The position numbers were made by a program, and so were the translations under genes. A DNA stretch of 64,000 bases from Chiloscyllium plagiosum (lineage: Eukaryota). Of this stretch, positions 12,141 to 25,225 are shown in pieces (the first letter of the stretch is position 1; the number at the start of each line of letters is the position of its first letter). The notes under the pieces are model-generated. The model made no database searches. It saw only the letters and a list, made by a program, of their open reading frames with translations, and was not told where the DNA came from. The stretch covers positions 4,547,702 through 4,611,701 of the forward strand of contig NC_057726.1 in assembly GCF_004010195.1 (NCBI RefSeq). The letters are read 5' to 3'.

Positions 12141-13184
12141 GACTTGTTGGGCCAAATGGCCTGTTTCCACGCTGTAGGAATTCTATGATTGAAAACAGTA
12201 AAGATTATCTTATTGTCTTGTCTCAGTAAAGTGAGGTAGTCTTTGGAACAGCTCCCGCTTCTAGCTCCGGCACCAGTCTGGATCCAGGCTCCTCCACCCC
12301 AATGCCTCAACTCCCTGCAGCTAAACCGATGACACTGCTGTAACCGTGCTTCACTCTGCTGTTGCTGGAACGTAGAGTCACTGCCATCTGGCACCATCTT
12401 ACCGTTACCATCATGGCCACCATGAGCTCACGCTGGGCCGATCTCGCCACCATTGCAGGGTTCTGTACCAGGCCCTCCGCTGTTAGGGAACCAGGGCCTA
12501 GTTATGGACCTGGAGCCTCGGCTTGGCCTATGAGTCTGGATCAGGGGATTAAGCCTGTGACCAGCTCCTCGCTTGCTGGGAGACATCGGGTTGTGGTGGA
12601 GCCGTATCTGCATCGTTCTGATGTTGCTGCCGCCAATGCTTGGACACCTTCTCCTTCAACATCCACTTGACGAGAAAAGTGGACCATTATGGTGCAGATG
12701 GAGGCCATTCAGCCCATCATGCATGCACTGGCTCTTCAAATGAGCGTCATTACCGAGTGGCAATCTCTTGCTGTTTCGCCCACACAATATGTTCCAGGTA
12801 ATTAACCAATCCCCTATCATCCCACCCTCCTCCTCCTTTCTGTTTTGCGGCCAAGGTTTATTTCCTGACTAACGTCTCTGCAACTGATTATCACATTCCT
12901 CTTTGTGGGAGTTTGTTGCTGTGTACACTGGCTGCTGTATATCCTACAAGAACTTACATCATGGGCTGTAAATATCTTTGGGACATACTGAAAGTCTGAA
13001 GGAACCGGGACATTGTTTTGTTTGTGTCCGGAAGAGCGCTATTGCAAACAACTTTTGCTGCATTGACTTTGCTTCAAAAAATATTTGTCCCAGATGCTTT
13101 TAATCAATCTGTTTGGAGTTGTTATGAAACCCATCCAGGGGTTCTCATTGGTGCAGTGATAGTGTCCCTATCTCTAGACTGTCC

Positions 13185-14020
13185 AATCATCCTCAGCTTT
13201 TCATCAATGACCTTCCTGTATCATAAGGTCAGGAGTGGGGGTTTTCGCTGATGACTGTACAATATTCAGCACCATTCACGACTCCTCAGATACTGAAGCA
13301 GTCCGTGTTCAAATGCAACAAGATCAGGACAATATCCAGGCCTGGGCTGACAAGCGGCAAGTAACATTTGCACCACACAAATGCCAGACTATGATTATCT
13401 CCAAAAGAGAGAGTCTAACCATTGCTCCTTGACATTCAATGACGTTACTATCACTGAATCTCACATCCTGAATCCTCAAGTCCCCTCCATCTACACGGTA
13501 CAAGTCAAGAATGTGAAGTTATACTCCTCATTTGTCTGGATGGGTGCAGTTCCAATAACACTCAAGTAACTTGACACTATCAAGGACAAAGCAGCCCACT
13601 TGATTGACACCACATCTACAAACATCCACTCCCTCCACCACCGGTGCTCAGTAGCAGCAGTGTGTACCATCTACAAGATGCACAGCAGAAATTCACCAAG
13701 ATCTTTAGGCAGCTCCTTCTAAACCCACAACCACTTCCATCTAGAAGAACAAGGGCAGCAAATACAAGGGAACAACACCCCTTGCAAGTTCCCCTCCGAG
13801 TCACTCCCAATCCATCCTGACTTGGGAATATATCACCGTTCCTTCAGAGTTGTTGGGTCAAAATCCTGAAATTCCCTCTCCAATGGCAATGTGGGTCTAC
13901 CTACAACACATGGACTGCAGAGGTTCAAGATGATAGCTTATCACCAATCTCTCAAGAGCAACCAGGGATAGACAATAACCACTAACCAGACAGCATTATC
14001 CACATCCTAGGAATGAATTT
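13185..14020 (+). mobile_element. Second LINE family (CR1/Jockey-group RT), 5'-truncated
   Basis: GVFADDCTIF...QQDQDNIQAWADKRQVTFAPHKCQ RT motifs; same family at 24735-25225/26413-26570, 34150-34427/36385-37135 (-), 61080-61575 (-). Confidence 0.75.
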
Positions 14021-14132
14021 CTAAAAAAGCCTCGATTAGATCATGATTTGGAGATGCCGGTGTTGGACTGGGGTGTACAAAGTTAAAAATCACACAACAC
14101 CAGGTTATAGTCCAACAGGTTTAATTGGAAGC

Positions 14133-14165
14133 ACTAGCTTTCGGAATGCTGCTCCTTCATCAGGA
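14133..14165 (-). ncRNA. Minimal hammerhead motif, family B (AGCU stem III), within PLE-terminal element 14041-14165
   Basis: Reverse complement CTGATGA-A-GGAGC-AGC-ATTCC-GAAA-GC-TA-GTG; decayed copies near 2731-2765, 40590-40623 and 44620-44670. Confidence 0.6.
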
Positions 14166-14944
14166 CAATGACAACAATCTTCACCACACACTCCTCCCAA
14201 ACCAATACATTCCTGATGTGGTGTGGTGCCCAGAATTGAGTGTTGTTAGTTTGGATGGTATCCAACTATGTCTCAGTGTAACTTTAGGATCACTTCCATT
14301 CTATATTAGCTCCCTTGAAATTCCATTAGTGTTTTTGATTATGTTCCATACTGTGTGTAAACATTTAATAGTGTTTTGAATATCTAGGTAACCATTCCCT
14401 TGCTCTCACCCCATAGCAATTAGGAAATAGTCTGGTTTCTCTTTCTTACAATCCAAGGCATTGATTTTTCAGAGACTGGGATGGATGAAAAAGAAATTTG
14501 AAATAATTCTAGGTGATGCTGGAAACATGAGTGAGTCAGCTCCTGGGAAGAGATATGGCTTCCAGGTACAGCACCGACTCGATGGAGTGAAGGGCCTTTT
14601 CTGTGCTGTACAACTCCAAGTTGCCAATCCTGCAGGATTGACTTGGTGTTTCCAAGAATTTAAGCCAAAATCTCTTTTGCGAGCCAAATCTCAGGAGAAC
14701 AAAACTTAGAAGGCATTGAAAAAATTCATCAAAACAAAAATTCATATACCCATCCAGATACCTTTGAAATGTTGGAATTGTACCAGCCTCCACCACTTCC
14801 TCTGGCAGCTCATTCCACACACGCACCACCCTCTGCATGAAAAAGTTACTCTTAGGTCCCTTTTAAATCTTTCCCCTTTCACCTTAAATATATGCCCTCT
14901 TGGACTCCTGTATCCTGGGAAAAAAATCTTGGCTATTTACCCTG

Positions 14945-15492
14945 TATGGACCAGACCAGAGCCCCTCAAAATATAATAAGAAGGTAGCCTCAACCCTAAC
15001 AGTTTCTCTATTTAAAGGCAAATGTGAGGTGCTGTATTTCAGATGCAATTCGATTGCTCAAGCAACTCAAGCAAAACACACTTTATTCAAACACTATAAT
15101 TAAAATACAACAAAACAAAGAGGAAATTGGAATAACTTAACTCAATTGGAAAACTTAACAGAATGATACATTATTTAACCACTAAACAGTAACTGTTCCA
15201 ATCTTGTAACATCCCATAAACACACCCTTGGCAAAAGGCAGATTCAGAAAACAGATTGCCTTACATGCAACCCCTGCAGCACAAGAGGATAAACATCCAG
15301 AGAAATCTCAGAGAGAGAGTATAACAGCCTGGAGAGATTCACTGCCTTCCAACCCTGCTGAGACCCCAGCAACAGCTGCTGCTGAAAAAAACTAAAAATC
15401 CTGGCTCTGGGAGAACTCAACCACACCCATCCAGGCTGCTTTTATTGTTCCAACTTTAAATAAAAGATCCCAAGGCTTCATAAGCTGTTTGC
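14945..15492. mobile_element. Probable LTR-like repeat
   Basis: Distinct block interrupting a CR1 3' fragment, with poly(A) signal-like motifs; family not confirmed. Confidence 0.35.
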
Positions 15493-15495
15493 CAA

Positions 15496-15890
15496 TTATA
15501 CTCAAGTAAATTGTTTTACTATTTTTTAAGATTAATTTATGGGGTCAACTATTACATGGATACTACTTTTGAGGGGCTCAAATTCATGTCCGTCAAAATC
15601 CATACTGTATCATTAGCAGAAGCTCAATAATTCACTAAAGGAATAAAGAAAAAATGCAATGTATTAAGGTAATTCAAAAAAACCTGGGGTGGAGTGCAAT
15701 GGCCAGGGAACCGGAAAGCCAGAGCAAAACACAACAGGCCTGCACACTGACTCACAAATGTTGATCTGTTATCTGTGAAGAACTAGGGTTGATATTTACA
15801 CAAAATATATGGAAAATTCCAGATTTTCTGACCAAAAATAGGAGGTCGACATTTACTTGTGATCAACTATTACGAGAGTGTATACAGTAT
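15496..15890. mobile_element. Tc2/pogo-like non-autonomous DNA transposon
   Basis: Decayed inverted termini TATACTCAAGTAAATTG / CAACTATTACGAGAGTGTATACAGTA with GTCGAC subterminal motifs. Confidence 0.5.
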
Positions 15891-16724
15891 TTGATTGGCT
15901 TTCAGTAAACATTTCAGCATCTCTGTCTTAAAATCTTATTTTAGAAAAAAAAACCAGAACAAGATGCCCTCCTCAAGCCATAGTAACATCACAACCCTGT
16001 CCATGCCCCTCATGATTTTATAAATTTCTATGAAGGCACCTGTCAGCCTCTGATGCTCCTGGGAGAGCAGCTCCAGCAGATTCCGTCTCCCCATATGGCT
16101 GAAACCTTTCAACATCCTTGTAAATCTTTTCTGTACCCTTTCAGGTTTAATGGCTTTGTTGATATTCTTAATTGACTGGTTCAAAGTGCTGGAGAGGTGC
16201 TGTGCCATAAGTGTCCTCCAGTAATTTAAAACCTTTGCAAAGACCTTATACTCCATGCTGAACAGAGTCAGGTTAAATAAGGAATTCCCTGCACTCGTTT
16301 TGAGAAGCTACTTCAAGGAATTTTTAACCACCCTGCAGGGAGAGGTTATTACATACCTCCAGAGGCATGTGGGACTTGAACCCAAGCCTCTGATTCAAGG
16401 GTAGGACTAGGTGGCCAATGCTGACTTTGTCAGTGATGCCCACATTTCATGAAAGAATAAATTAAATAACAGTCCAGCATTCCCCCAGTTTCCTATGTGC
16501 AGTCCCTCAGCATTGTATTAGCATTGACTGCCTGGATTATATGCTCAGGTCTCAGGACGGGGAATTTAAGACTCACAGCTTTCCAACTTGAAAGTGAGTT
16601 AGTTTGGTACAGGAAGAATGTTCCTGAGGGCCAGGGAGTCCAGAACCAATGGTCATCATTTACTGGGAAAGGATGAACTATTTAGGACTGAGATGATCCA
16701 AAAATAAATTCTTTTAATCTGTCC

Positions 16725-17215
16725 GGGATGTTGTGAAACTTGAAAGGGTTCAGAAAAGATTTACAAGGATGTTGCCAGGGTTGGAGAATTTGAGCTATAG
16801 GGAGAGATTGAATCGGCTAGGGCTGTTTTCTCTGGAGTGTTGGAGGCTGAGGGGTGACCTTGTAAAGGTTTATAAAATCATGAGGGGGATAGATAGAATA
16901 AATAGATAAAGTCTTTTCCCTCGGTTGGGGAGTCCAGAAGTAGAGGGCATAGATTTAAGGTGAGAGGGGAAAGATATAAAAGGGCAACATTTTCACACAG
17001 AGGGTGGTACGTGTATGGAATGAGCTGCCAGAGGAAGTGGTGGAGGCTGGTACAATTGCAACATTTAAAAGGCATCTGGATGGGAATATGAATAGGAAGG
17101 GTTTAGAGGGCCAGATGCTGGCAAGTGGGACAAGATTAGGTTAGGACATCTGGTCGGCATGGACGAGTTGGACCAAAGGGTCTATTTCTGAGCTGTACAT
17201 CCCTATGACTCTATG
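16725..17215 (+). mobile_element. CR1/HER1 LINE 3' fragment nested in an older CR1 relic
   Basis: LERVQKRFTRMLPGLE-coding sequence, 3' UTR ending in CTATGACT repeats. Confidence 0.85.
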
Positions 17216-18281
17216 AGGAGAAATGTCTTCACTCAGACAGTGGAGAGTCTGTGGGATTCACTGGCACAGAAAGCAGTTGAGGCCAAAACATTATGTGCTT
17301 TCAAGAAAGAAATAGGAATAGTTCTTGTGGCTAGAGATCAAAGGATACTAGGGAGGGTGGGATTATGGTGCTGAGCTCAATAAGTCATGGCCACGATGAA
17401 TGGTGGAGCAGGCTTGGGGGGGTCAAATAGCGTATTCCTGCTCATAAATTCTATGATATGTTTTGGTAGTTAGGGGAACTACCACCACTCCCTAAACATG
17501 TTTGTAGATATTTTCTAATCAACCTGTTCAGAAATGTTACTACACACCACTGCAGCAGATGGAATTGAACCCAGGACCCTGCCTCAGAGGGAGGGTCACT
17601 ACCACTTTGCCACAAGAACACTCACGCAAGATATCTCTGGATGGTTTCACTTAGTTATGGATATTAATGAGGGGTAAATTGGCTATTATGTTGACAATCA
17701 TGAATCATCCCATTGGCTTGGCAGGATTGTGTTGAATTTCTGATTGGCTAGACAGCTGATCCATCATAAATATGGCTATGCCATTTGGCCAATGGTGGGA
17801 GTGCATGCAGATGGGGTTTCAGTCACCCATGGTCATGTGGTCTTACCTACAGGGGTATGCCCCTGAGTTGACAATCCTACCCCAAAGGGAGAGAATTGGA
17901 GTTTTATCGATTTGCCAAGGGGAGAATCAGTCAGTCCTGTTATTGCACCTTGCTATTCCCGTTCCTCTGTGCTGTATGGGTACAGCTGTGATCTTCACCT
18001 TCAACCTCAACACCTGGGGAAAGGCCAGGCAAAAGGGGCAAAAATTTGGCAATTTTCTTTTCAACAATAAGGAAAATCCAGCCATGGCTCAGTGGTTCAT
18101 ACACTCATCTCTGAATTGAAAAATTGAGAGTGTCATGTCCCAGTCCTGAGACATGAGGACAAAATCCAGGCAGCGACTCCCAGTGCAGTATGGAGGGAAT
18201 GCTGCACTGTTCATCTGATATATTCTTTTGAGCATCACTGTCAAAGCCAGCATTGGTTGACCATTCTTTCTTTTTCCGTTT

Positions 18282-18755
18282 TTAGTGTGGAAACAGGCCA
18301 TTTGGCCCAACATGTCCACACCAACCATCTGACCCTATTACTCTGCACTTATCCCAAACCAATGCACCTAACCTACACATCCCAAAACACTATGGGCAAT
18401 TTAGCATGGCCAATCCACCCTAACCTGCACATCTTTGGATTGTGGGAGGAAACCAGAGCACCCGGAGGAAACCCGCACAGATACAGCACACCAACCATCT
18501 GACCCTATTACTCTATACTTACCCCAAACCAATGCACCTAACCTACACATCCCAAAACACTATGGGCAATTTAGCAAGGCCAATCCACCCTAACCTGCAC
18601 ATCTTTGGATTGTGGGAGGAAACCAGAGCACCCGGAGGAAACCCGCACAGATACAGGGAGATTGTGCAAACTCCACACTGACAGTCGCCCAAGAATGGAA
18701 TTGAACCCAGGTCCTTGGCGCTGTGAGACAGCAGTGCTAACCACTGAGCCACCAT
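18282..18755 (-). mobile_element. HE1-type tRNA-derived V-SINE with internal 170-bp tandem duplication
   Basis: A box TGGCTCAGTGG and B box GGGTTCAATTCC on minus strand; 18317-18486 repeated at 18487-18656. Confidence 0.85.
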
Positions 18756-18879
18756 TCCTCATTGTCCTTGGACTGAGTGGATTAAGCTATGCTATCGCCA
18801 ATGTGTCATCTTTCAAGTTAAGCAAAGGACCTATCAGGCCTCTCAGCCCAACAGAAAGGTCTCACTGCTAATTTGGGGA

Positions 18880-19075
18880 TGATCAGATTGACCTGGTCAA
18901 TAGTTACCTTTCAACCATTATCATCAGCACAGCTTATCTGTTCATTATCTCACTGATTGATGGGTGTGGGAGCTTACATTGTGCAAGATTAGCTGCTATC
19001 AGTCTGACATTATTTAAACAGGGAGAGCGTTTCAAAAATACTTTAGGATCCCCAGGTTGTAAATTGCCCAATATA
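18880..19075 (+). mobile_element. Deu-domain SINE relic (SacSINE1-like); similar relics near 3870-3990, 12830-13000, 51570-51680, 52320-52545
   Basis: TTATCTGTTCATTATCTCAC...GTGGGAGCTT...TTAGCTGC resembles the DeuSINE central/3' domain as I recall it. Confidence 0.45.
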
Positions 19076-19082
19076 AACTCAG

Positions 19083-19292
19083 TTAGAGACAAACAAAACT
19101 GCAGATGCTGGAATACAAGGTTGACATGCAGGAGGCTGGAAGAACACAGCAAGCCAGGCAGCATCAGAGTGGAGAAGTCGATGTTTCAGATGTAACCCTT
19201 CTTCAGGACTGGGTTCTACCTGAAACATTGACTTCTCCACCTCATGATGCTGCCTGGCTTGCTGTGTTCCTCCAGCCTCCTGCCTATCTACA
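19083..19292. mobile_element. Fold-back PLE-terminal mini-element (diverged family; similar copy at 30078-30242)
   Basis: Inverted arms CAGGAGGCTGGAAGAACACAGCAAGCCAGGCAGCATCA / TGATGCTGCCTGGCTTGCTGTGTTCCTCCAGCCTCCTG. Confidence 0.75.
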
Positions 19293-20049
19293 GTGGAAAT
19301 GCAGGTTAATCATTCTACGAATCAGACAACAGGAGCTTTTCATTTAGAGGTTTTTTTTTTAATTATAAAAGACTTCTAAACCATTCCAACATACAAAAAC
19401 AAGTGATTAAAATTGTGCGGAGCTTTTGAGTTGGAGTGATTGTTAGTCAGTGTGCACATTGCAAAAACATAAGATAAAATGTTCAAGGGGCTGTACTTTG
19501 GTCACACAGAAGTAACCCCATTATCGAGTGATACACAGCCAGCAGCCTGCAGGGGTTAAACATTTCTTTCAACCACTGTGATGGCCAACCTGATATAAAC
19601 ATGTTTATGAGGATTTTCCCTGATGAGTATCTCAGACAAAATCATTAATAAAGCAACCATTTACAACTGGGTTGACCAAAGAAAATGTTTCTCCTTATGC
19701 AGATGTGTGTGTGTGTGAGAGTGTGTGAGTGTGTGTGAGAGAAAGACAGACAATTGGGCATCCAGGAAAAACCTCTCTGCCCAGAAAATGGTGAGAATGT
19801 AGGACTCACTAGGGCAGTGAGAGGTTCAGATGAAACAAAGACATATTTGAGATGAAGCTAAATGAGCAGGTGAAGGAGACAGGAATACTGTGGAGTGTTA
19901 TGTTGAAAGACAAGGAGGCTAGACTGGAACATTAGTATGGAACAGTGGGCTGAATGGCTTGTCCACACACTGTCAGTTCTCTGTAATTCTATGTCTAGAT
20001 GTTACTGAGCAAGAGAAAATTCTGCTGATCAGGAATGTTACACCTGATC

Positions 20050-20178
20050 AAAAGTGAGGATTGCAGATGCTGGAAACCAGAGTTTAGATCAGAGTGGTGC
20101 TGGAAAAGCACAGCAGGTCAGGCAGCATCCGAGGAGCAGGAAAATTGACGTTTCTGGCAAAAGCCCTTCATCAGGAAC
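20050..20178 (-). mobile_element. PLE terminal fragment with hammerhead motif, ~280 nt downstream of the CKLF stop
   Basis: Reverse complement TTCCTGATGAAGGGCTTTTGCCAGAAACGTCAA; flanked by direct CACCTGA. Confidence 0.75.
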
Positions 20179-20457
20179 CACCTGACCCAGCTCAGTGGGA
20201 GCTCTGTTCACACGCCCTGATAACAATATAATCCTTTCTTTGGTGAATCAGCGATGTGATCTTCCACTGTTCTGAAACCTCCAGGTTCTTGTCCATGCTG
20301 TGCGAATGGCCAGAGTAAACGGCAGCACATCATTCCAGGATTGCAAGATAATGACATTCCAAGACGGGAGGAGCTGAAGCTGTGAATCACACAGGGATTG
20401 GGACTGGACTGAAAGATCAGCAGCTGAGCTTGCTCACACAGACAGCTCTCCATGGGG

Positions 20458-20553
20458 TCACCTGCTGGAAGTATTGTGTTGGTTGACAGTGATGAGGCTG
20501 CACATTACATAAGAGTCAGCAATATACAGGGCGACAGCTATGAAACCAAAGAC
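20458..20553 (-). CDS. CKLF: CKLF-like coding exon 4 with stop (VFGFIAVALYIADSYVMCSLITVNQHNTSSR*)
   Basis: Pyrimidine tract + CCAG acceptor; MARVEL TM4 VFG...AD motif; TGA at 20460-20458; total protein 134 aa. Confidence 0.87.
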   Translation of the reverse strand, partial: VFGFIAVALYIADSYVMCSLITVNQHNTSSR

Positions 20554-21064
20554 CTGGAGATTAGACAGAAAAAAGTTTAGCAACCACGGGGATCCGGATC
20601 TTGAGGAATGCTCAACACCACATAACATTGGAACAACAGAGTGTGAAGGGACATGACAGAAAAGTCAAACATATTCTATAAGCTGAGGGAAACCAAAGCA
20701 AGAGGCTGTAGTTACCAATATGGCTGAGAGAGAATTTGGACAAATGGCAAGAGAACATTTTTCAGTGGGTCAAGAGGCTGTGCAATTCAACTCCAATAAC
20801 TGATGCAGAAATTAGTGTCACTTTTCAGGTTGGGGTTAGAGAGGGGAGGGAAGAGGAAGGAAATGGGATACGGGGAGATGGGAAAAAAAGGTGGGTACAT
20901 GCATTTAGGATTACTTACCTGCCAGGAGTGTAAACAGTGATACAGTGTAGTCAGGCTGAAAGATTGGTTTATGTTATAGGCCTGAACTTAATACCCTGCC
21001 CAGAGCTGAGCCTGGTGATTGGAGCTAGGGCGGGAAATTAACTGAGTGGGTAGGGATCCTCTTA

Positions 21065-21392
21065 AGGGTGGTTCAGTGGTTAGCACTACTGCCTCACAGC
21101 GCCAGGGATCCAGGGTCGATTCCAGCTTCAGGTGACTATCTTTGGGGAGAGTGCACGTTGTCTGCGTGGGTTTTCTCTGGGTGCTCTGGGCTTCCTCCCA
21201 CAATCCAAAGATGAGCCAGTTAGGGTGGATTGGCCATGCTAAATTGCCATCAGTGTCCAGGGATGTGTAGTTTAGGTGGATTAGCCATGTGAATACAGGG
21301 ATAGGGTAGGGGTATAAATCTGTATGGGATGCTCTTTGGAGGGTCGGTGTGGAATGAATGGCCTGCTTCCACATTGCAGGGATTCTATGATT
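21065..21392 (+). mobile_element. HE1-type V-SINE
   Basis: tRNA-like head, V-domain, CR1-like tail. Confidence 0.85.
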
Positions 21393-22104
21393 AAGTCCAG
21401 GGTGGGAAGGCCCTAATTAATTAATACCCATTTATGGGTCATATCCCAGCACTTGCTAGTATTAAACCAGGGGCTGGGGCTGTCTCCTGTGCTGGTTTCT
21501 TGGGGTCTCCTCCAGGGCAAAGACGAGGTCTCACATTCAAAGGCCCTCAGTGCCCGATTGAGAGACCCAGTGCCAGAAGGAAGGAGCCCCCTGAGCCAAC
21601 CCTTTATTCCCCCTCATGGACCTCTCCAGCTCCTTGAAGACCCAGTGTCTCCATGTAAGGCCTGCCTCATGCCTGACTGAGCCACAGATCAGCAGAAGGT
21701 TTGATGCGCTTCTTAATGCTTTCTTAACCAGTCTCAATGGGGCAACTATAACTTGTCTCAATGTCTTTGATTTAGGGGTAGAGACATTCAGCCTGATTGG
21801 GCAGTGTGGGTGGTTTGAGTGAAGAGAGCACAGGGTTGGTGAGGGAGCTTTCCCAGAGTTGAATGTTCAATCAAGTCTCACACATGAACACTGAGGGTCC
21901 AGTCTGCACCTGTGCCTCAGATTGACCTGCACTGGTTTATGTGAATGCTCCCCTGAGGAAGAGGCAGGTTTTATTCTTAACAAACTCATAGGGAAACAAG
22001 TAACCAATACAAAGGGTTTAATTCAGAGGAACAGCCATACACCAACGCTCAGGAGCAGCAGTGTGTTCAATCTGCAAGATGCACTGCAAAAATTCACATG
22101 CAAA

Positions 22105-22295
22105 AAGACAGACCCTGAGTAGGGAGAGTGTTTGACTCAGACAGACCCTGGAGTGGGTGAGTGTGAGACTCACACAGCCCCTGGCGTTGGGAGAAATGTG
22201 TGACTCAGGCAGACCCTGGGGTGGGGGAAGTGTGTGACTCAGGCAGACCCTGGGGTGGGGGAAGTGTGTGACTCAGGCAGACCCTGGGGTTGGGG
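22105..22295. repeat. 34-bp minisatellite GTGTGACTCAGGCAGACCCTGGGGTGGGGGAAGT
   Basis: About 5-6 tandem copies in CKLF intron 3. Confidence 0.85.
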
Positions 22296-22491
22296 TGTGG
22301 TGGTGGGGACAGATCCCCCCACCAAGGGGGGGGGGATCCCCCTGGGGTGGATGGGGGTGCGGTATGAGCCTGAGGGAGCAGAGTGCAACTTGTATTTCTG
22401 GAGCAGGTTTTCAGTCACAAATTACCCAGTTAACAGCAAAGCTGCTCTGAGGTCGGTCTCAAATTGTCTGCTGAACCTTCCCAACACTTAC

Positions 22492-22587
22492 TGAACCAGT
22501 GAGGATGCCAGCAGTGATCCTGCTCACTACAGCCGCAATACAGACTATCAGTAACAGCACAGCCGCAAACACAGAATTTACACCATC
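22492..22587 (-). CDS. CKLF: CKLF-like coding exon 3 (DGVNSVFAAVLLLIVCIAAVVSRITAGILTGS)
   Basis: TTTTCTAG acceptor, GTAAGT donor, 96 nt; resembles human CKLF DIINSLVTTVFMLIVSVLAL; not in the ORF track, read by hand. Confidence 0.87.
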
Positions 22588-22699
22588 CTAGAAAAGATTA
22601 AACATCAAATTAAAACCGGAATTCTGATTAAAATCATTATATTTTTAAAAATCTCTCAAGGTGATGGATGTGTCATTGTTGAAGGATCTCAGGGACGAA

Positions 22700-22950
22700 A
22701 TAACAGGGAAGGGACAGCACGGGGTTAGACCCAGAATATAGCTCCCTCTACTCTTCCAAACTGAAAGTAAAGCTCCCTTGAAACTGTCCCCATTAAACAC
22801 TCCCAGGATAGGTACAGCATGTGGGTAGATACAGTATAAAACTTTCCACTACACTGTCCCTGTCAAACATGACAGGGATGCATGGGGTTAGATACAGAAT
22901 AAAGCTCCCTCTACACTGACCCTCATCAAACACTCCCAGGACAGGGTCAG
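22700..22950. repeat. ~70-bp tandem repeat (CAGAATAAAGCTCCCTCTACACTGTCCCCATCAAACACTCCCAGGACAGG...GGGGTTAGATA)
   Basis: Three decayed copies. Confidence 0.7.
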
Positions 22951-24520
22951 TAAGTGAATCGTGATTATTTCCTGTGTTCTTTCGTGGTGTGTGGGTATGA
23001 AAGCATTTATTGTCCCTTGAAGTGCAGAGTTTGCTTGGCCATTTCAGAGGGAAGGTAAGATTCCAGAACATTACCCTGCCCTGGTATCACATGTAGGTCA
23101 GACCAGGTAAAGATGGCACATTTTATTTCTTGAAGGGCAGAAGTGAACCAGATCAGGATTTGTTAAAACGACATTAGAGTAGTTTTTAACTCCAGATCTT
23201 ATGAAATTCAAATTCCAACATTTGCCATGCTGGGCTTTGAACCTATGTTCTCAGAACATGAACTTCTGAAATACTAGCTCAGCGAGATTATGAACACACT
23301 ATCACCTCCTGTACCCTTCATTGGAATGTATAAGATCCAGAGCAGACTTGAGAGAGTGGATGCTGAAAGCATGGTTTCCCCTTTGTGGGACAGACTGGGA
23401 CTGAGGGACACAGTTTTAAATATGAGGTTTCAAATTTAAGACGGAGAGAAGCAGAATTACTCAGAGTCACAGACTATAAGACTATAAGACATAGGAGCAG
23501 AAGTTAGGCCATTCAGCCCATGGAGTCTGCTCTACCATTCAATCATGGCTGATACATTTCTCATCTCCATTCTCCCGCCTTATCCTCATAAACCTTGATC
23601 CCCTTCAGAATCAGGAATCTATCTATCTCCGTCTTAAATATACTCGGTGACCTGGCCTCCACAGCCTTCAGTGGCAGTGAATTCCATAGATTCCCCACTC
23701 TCTGGCTGAAGAAGTTTCTCCTTATCTCCATTCTAAAAGGTCTTCCCTTTACTCTAAGGCTATGCTCTAGAAACAAAGCATGGAAACAGACTCTTCTGTC
23801 CAACTTGTCCATGCCAACCAGATATCCTAAATTAAGTTTGATTCAGATTAGTTTAGATTCTGTACAGTATGAAAACAGGCCCTTGTTTCCAATCTAGACC
23901 CATTTGCCAGCATTTGGCCCATATCCTTCCAAACGCTTCCTATTCATATACCCAATCCAGATGCCTTTTAAAATGTTGTAATTGTATCAGCCTCCACCAC
24001 TACGTCAGGCAGCTCATTCCATACACGCACCACCCTCTGTGTGAAAAAGTTGCCCCTTAGGTCCACTTTAAACCCATACCCTCTAGTTTTGGACTCCCCC
24101 ACCCCGGGGAAAAGACCTTGCCTACTTACCCTCTCTGTGCCCCTCATGATTTTATAAACGTCCGATTATGAGTCTGAGAAACTCTCTTCCCCCATGGAGT
24201 GGTGAAGGCAGGCTCGATGAATATACTAAGGACAGGGGTAGTTAGATTCTTGCCTCCTTAAGGGAGTTAAAGAGCAGGGAGTAGGCAGGAAAATGGAGTT
24301 GAGGCCACCATCTGATCAGTAATGACCATATTGAATGGTGGAGCAGGCTTGAGGGGCCGAATGGCCTATTCCTGCTCCTAAATCATAAACTCATATATAT
24401 TTGTACGGATGAAGATTGATTTCAGGGCCTGCCTATCTGAGTCTTAATACTGGGCCCTCTTAAAGATTACCCATGATTTGATCACACTTGTTGGATTAAC
24501 TTGCAGTTAATTTTACTCAC

Positions 24521-24673
24521 CATCAATGGCCAGAATAACGTCATTTTAGAGTCCAGCTTAAGCAGAAACAAGAGATAGAAGGCCAGCGTGATGAGAATCT
24601 CCATGAGGGGAACTGCTATAAAAACTCCCGAGGATGAAGCAGCAAAGGAAACAAAAACCACAAAAGCTGCAAC
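24521..24673 (-). CDS. CKLF: CKLF-like coding exon 2 (VAAFVVFVSFAASSSGVFIAVPLMEILITLAFYLLFLLKLDSKMTLFWPLM)
   Basis: CAG acceptor, GTGAGT donor, 153 nt phase 0/0; LLKLDSKMTLFWPLM resembles human CKLF VLRLDRLMKWLFWPLL. Confidence 0.88.
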
Positions 24674-25225
24674 CTGTAAACAGGTAAAATATTGTTCACT
24701 CAGTTTAGGGAACTCAGTCTCTTGTTTGTAGAACTGAAGCAGTCTGTGTCTGTATACAGCAAGGTCTGGACAAGTGACAAATAACATTCACACCACACAA
24801 ATGCCAGGCTATAACCATCTCCAACAAGAGACAATTTAAGCATCACCCCTTGACATACAATGGTATTATTGGACCCCCTCCCCAGTATCAACATCTTCTG
24901 GGTTACCATTGACCAGAAGCACAATTAGACTCACCACATAAACACATAAGAGCAGTTCAGAGGCTAGCAACCCTGCAGCAAGTAGCTCACTTCCTGACAA
25001 CACTCAGGAAGCTTGACACCATCCAGGATAAAGTAGCCCATTTGATTAGCATCAGATTCACAAGCACTCACTTCCTTGACCACTGATGGTCAATAGCAGC
25101 AGTGTATACCACCTACAAGATACATTGCAGAAATTCACCAAAGAACCTTAGACATCATTTTCCAAACCCACAACCACTTCCATTTAGAAGGACAAGAGCA
25201 GCAGATACATGGGAAGACCACCCCC

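Noticed and set aside
17772-18119. 115-aa ORF with a hydrophobic stretch as a possible extra CMTM exon
   Set aside because: Wrong strand for the cluster, no MARVEL motif, no convincing splice sites
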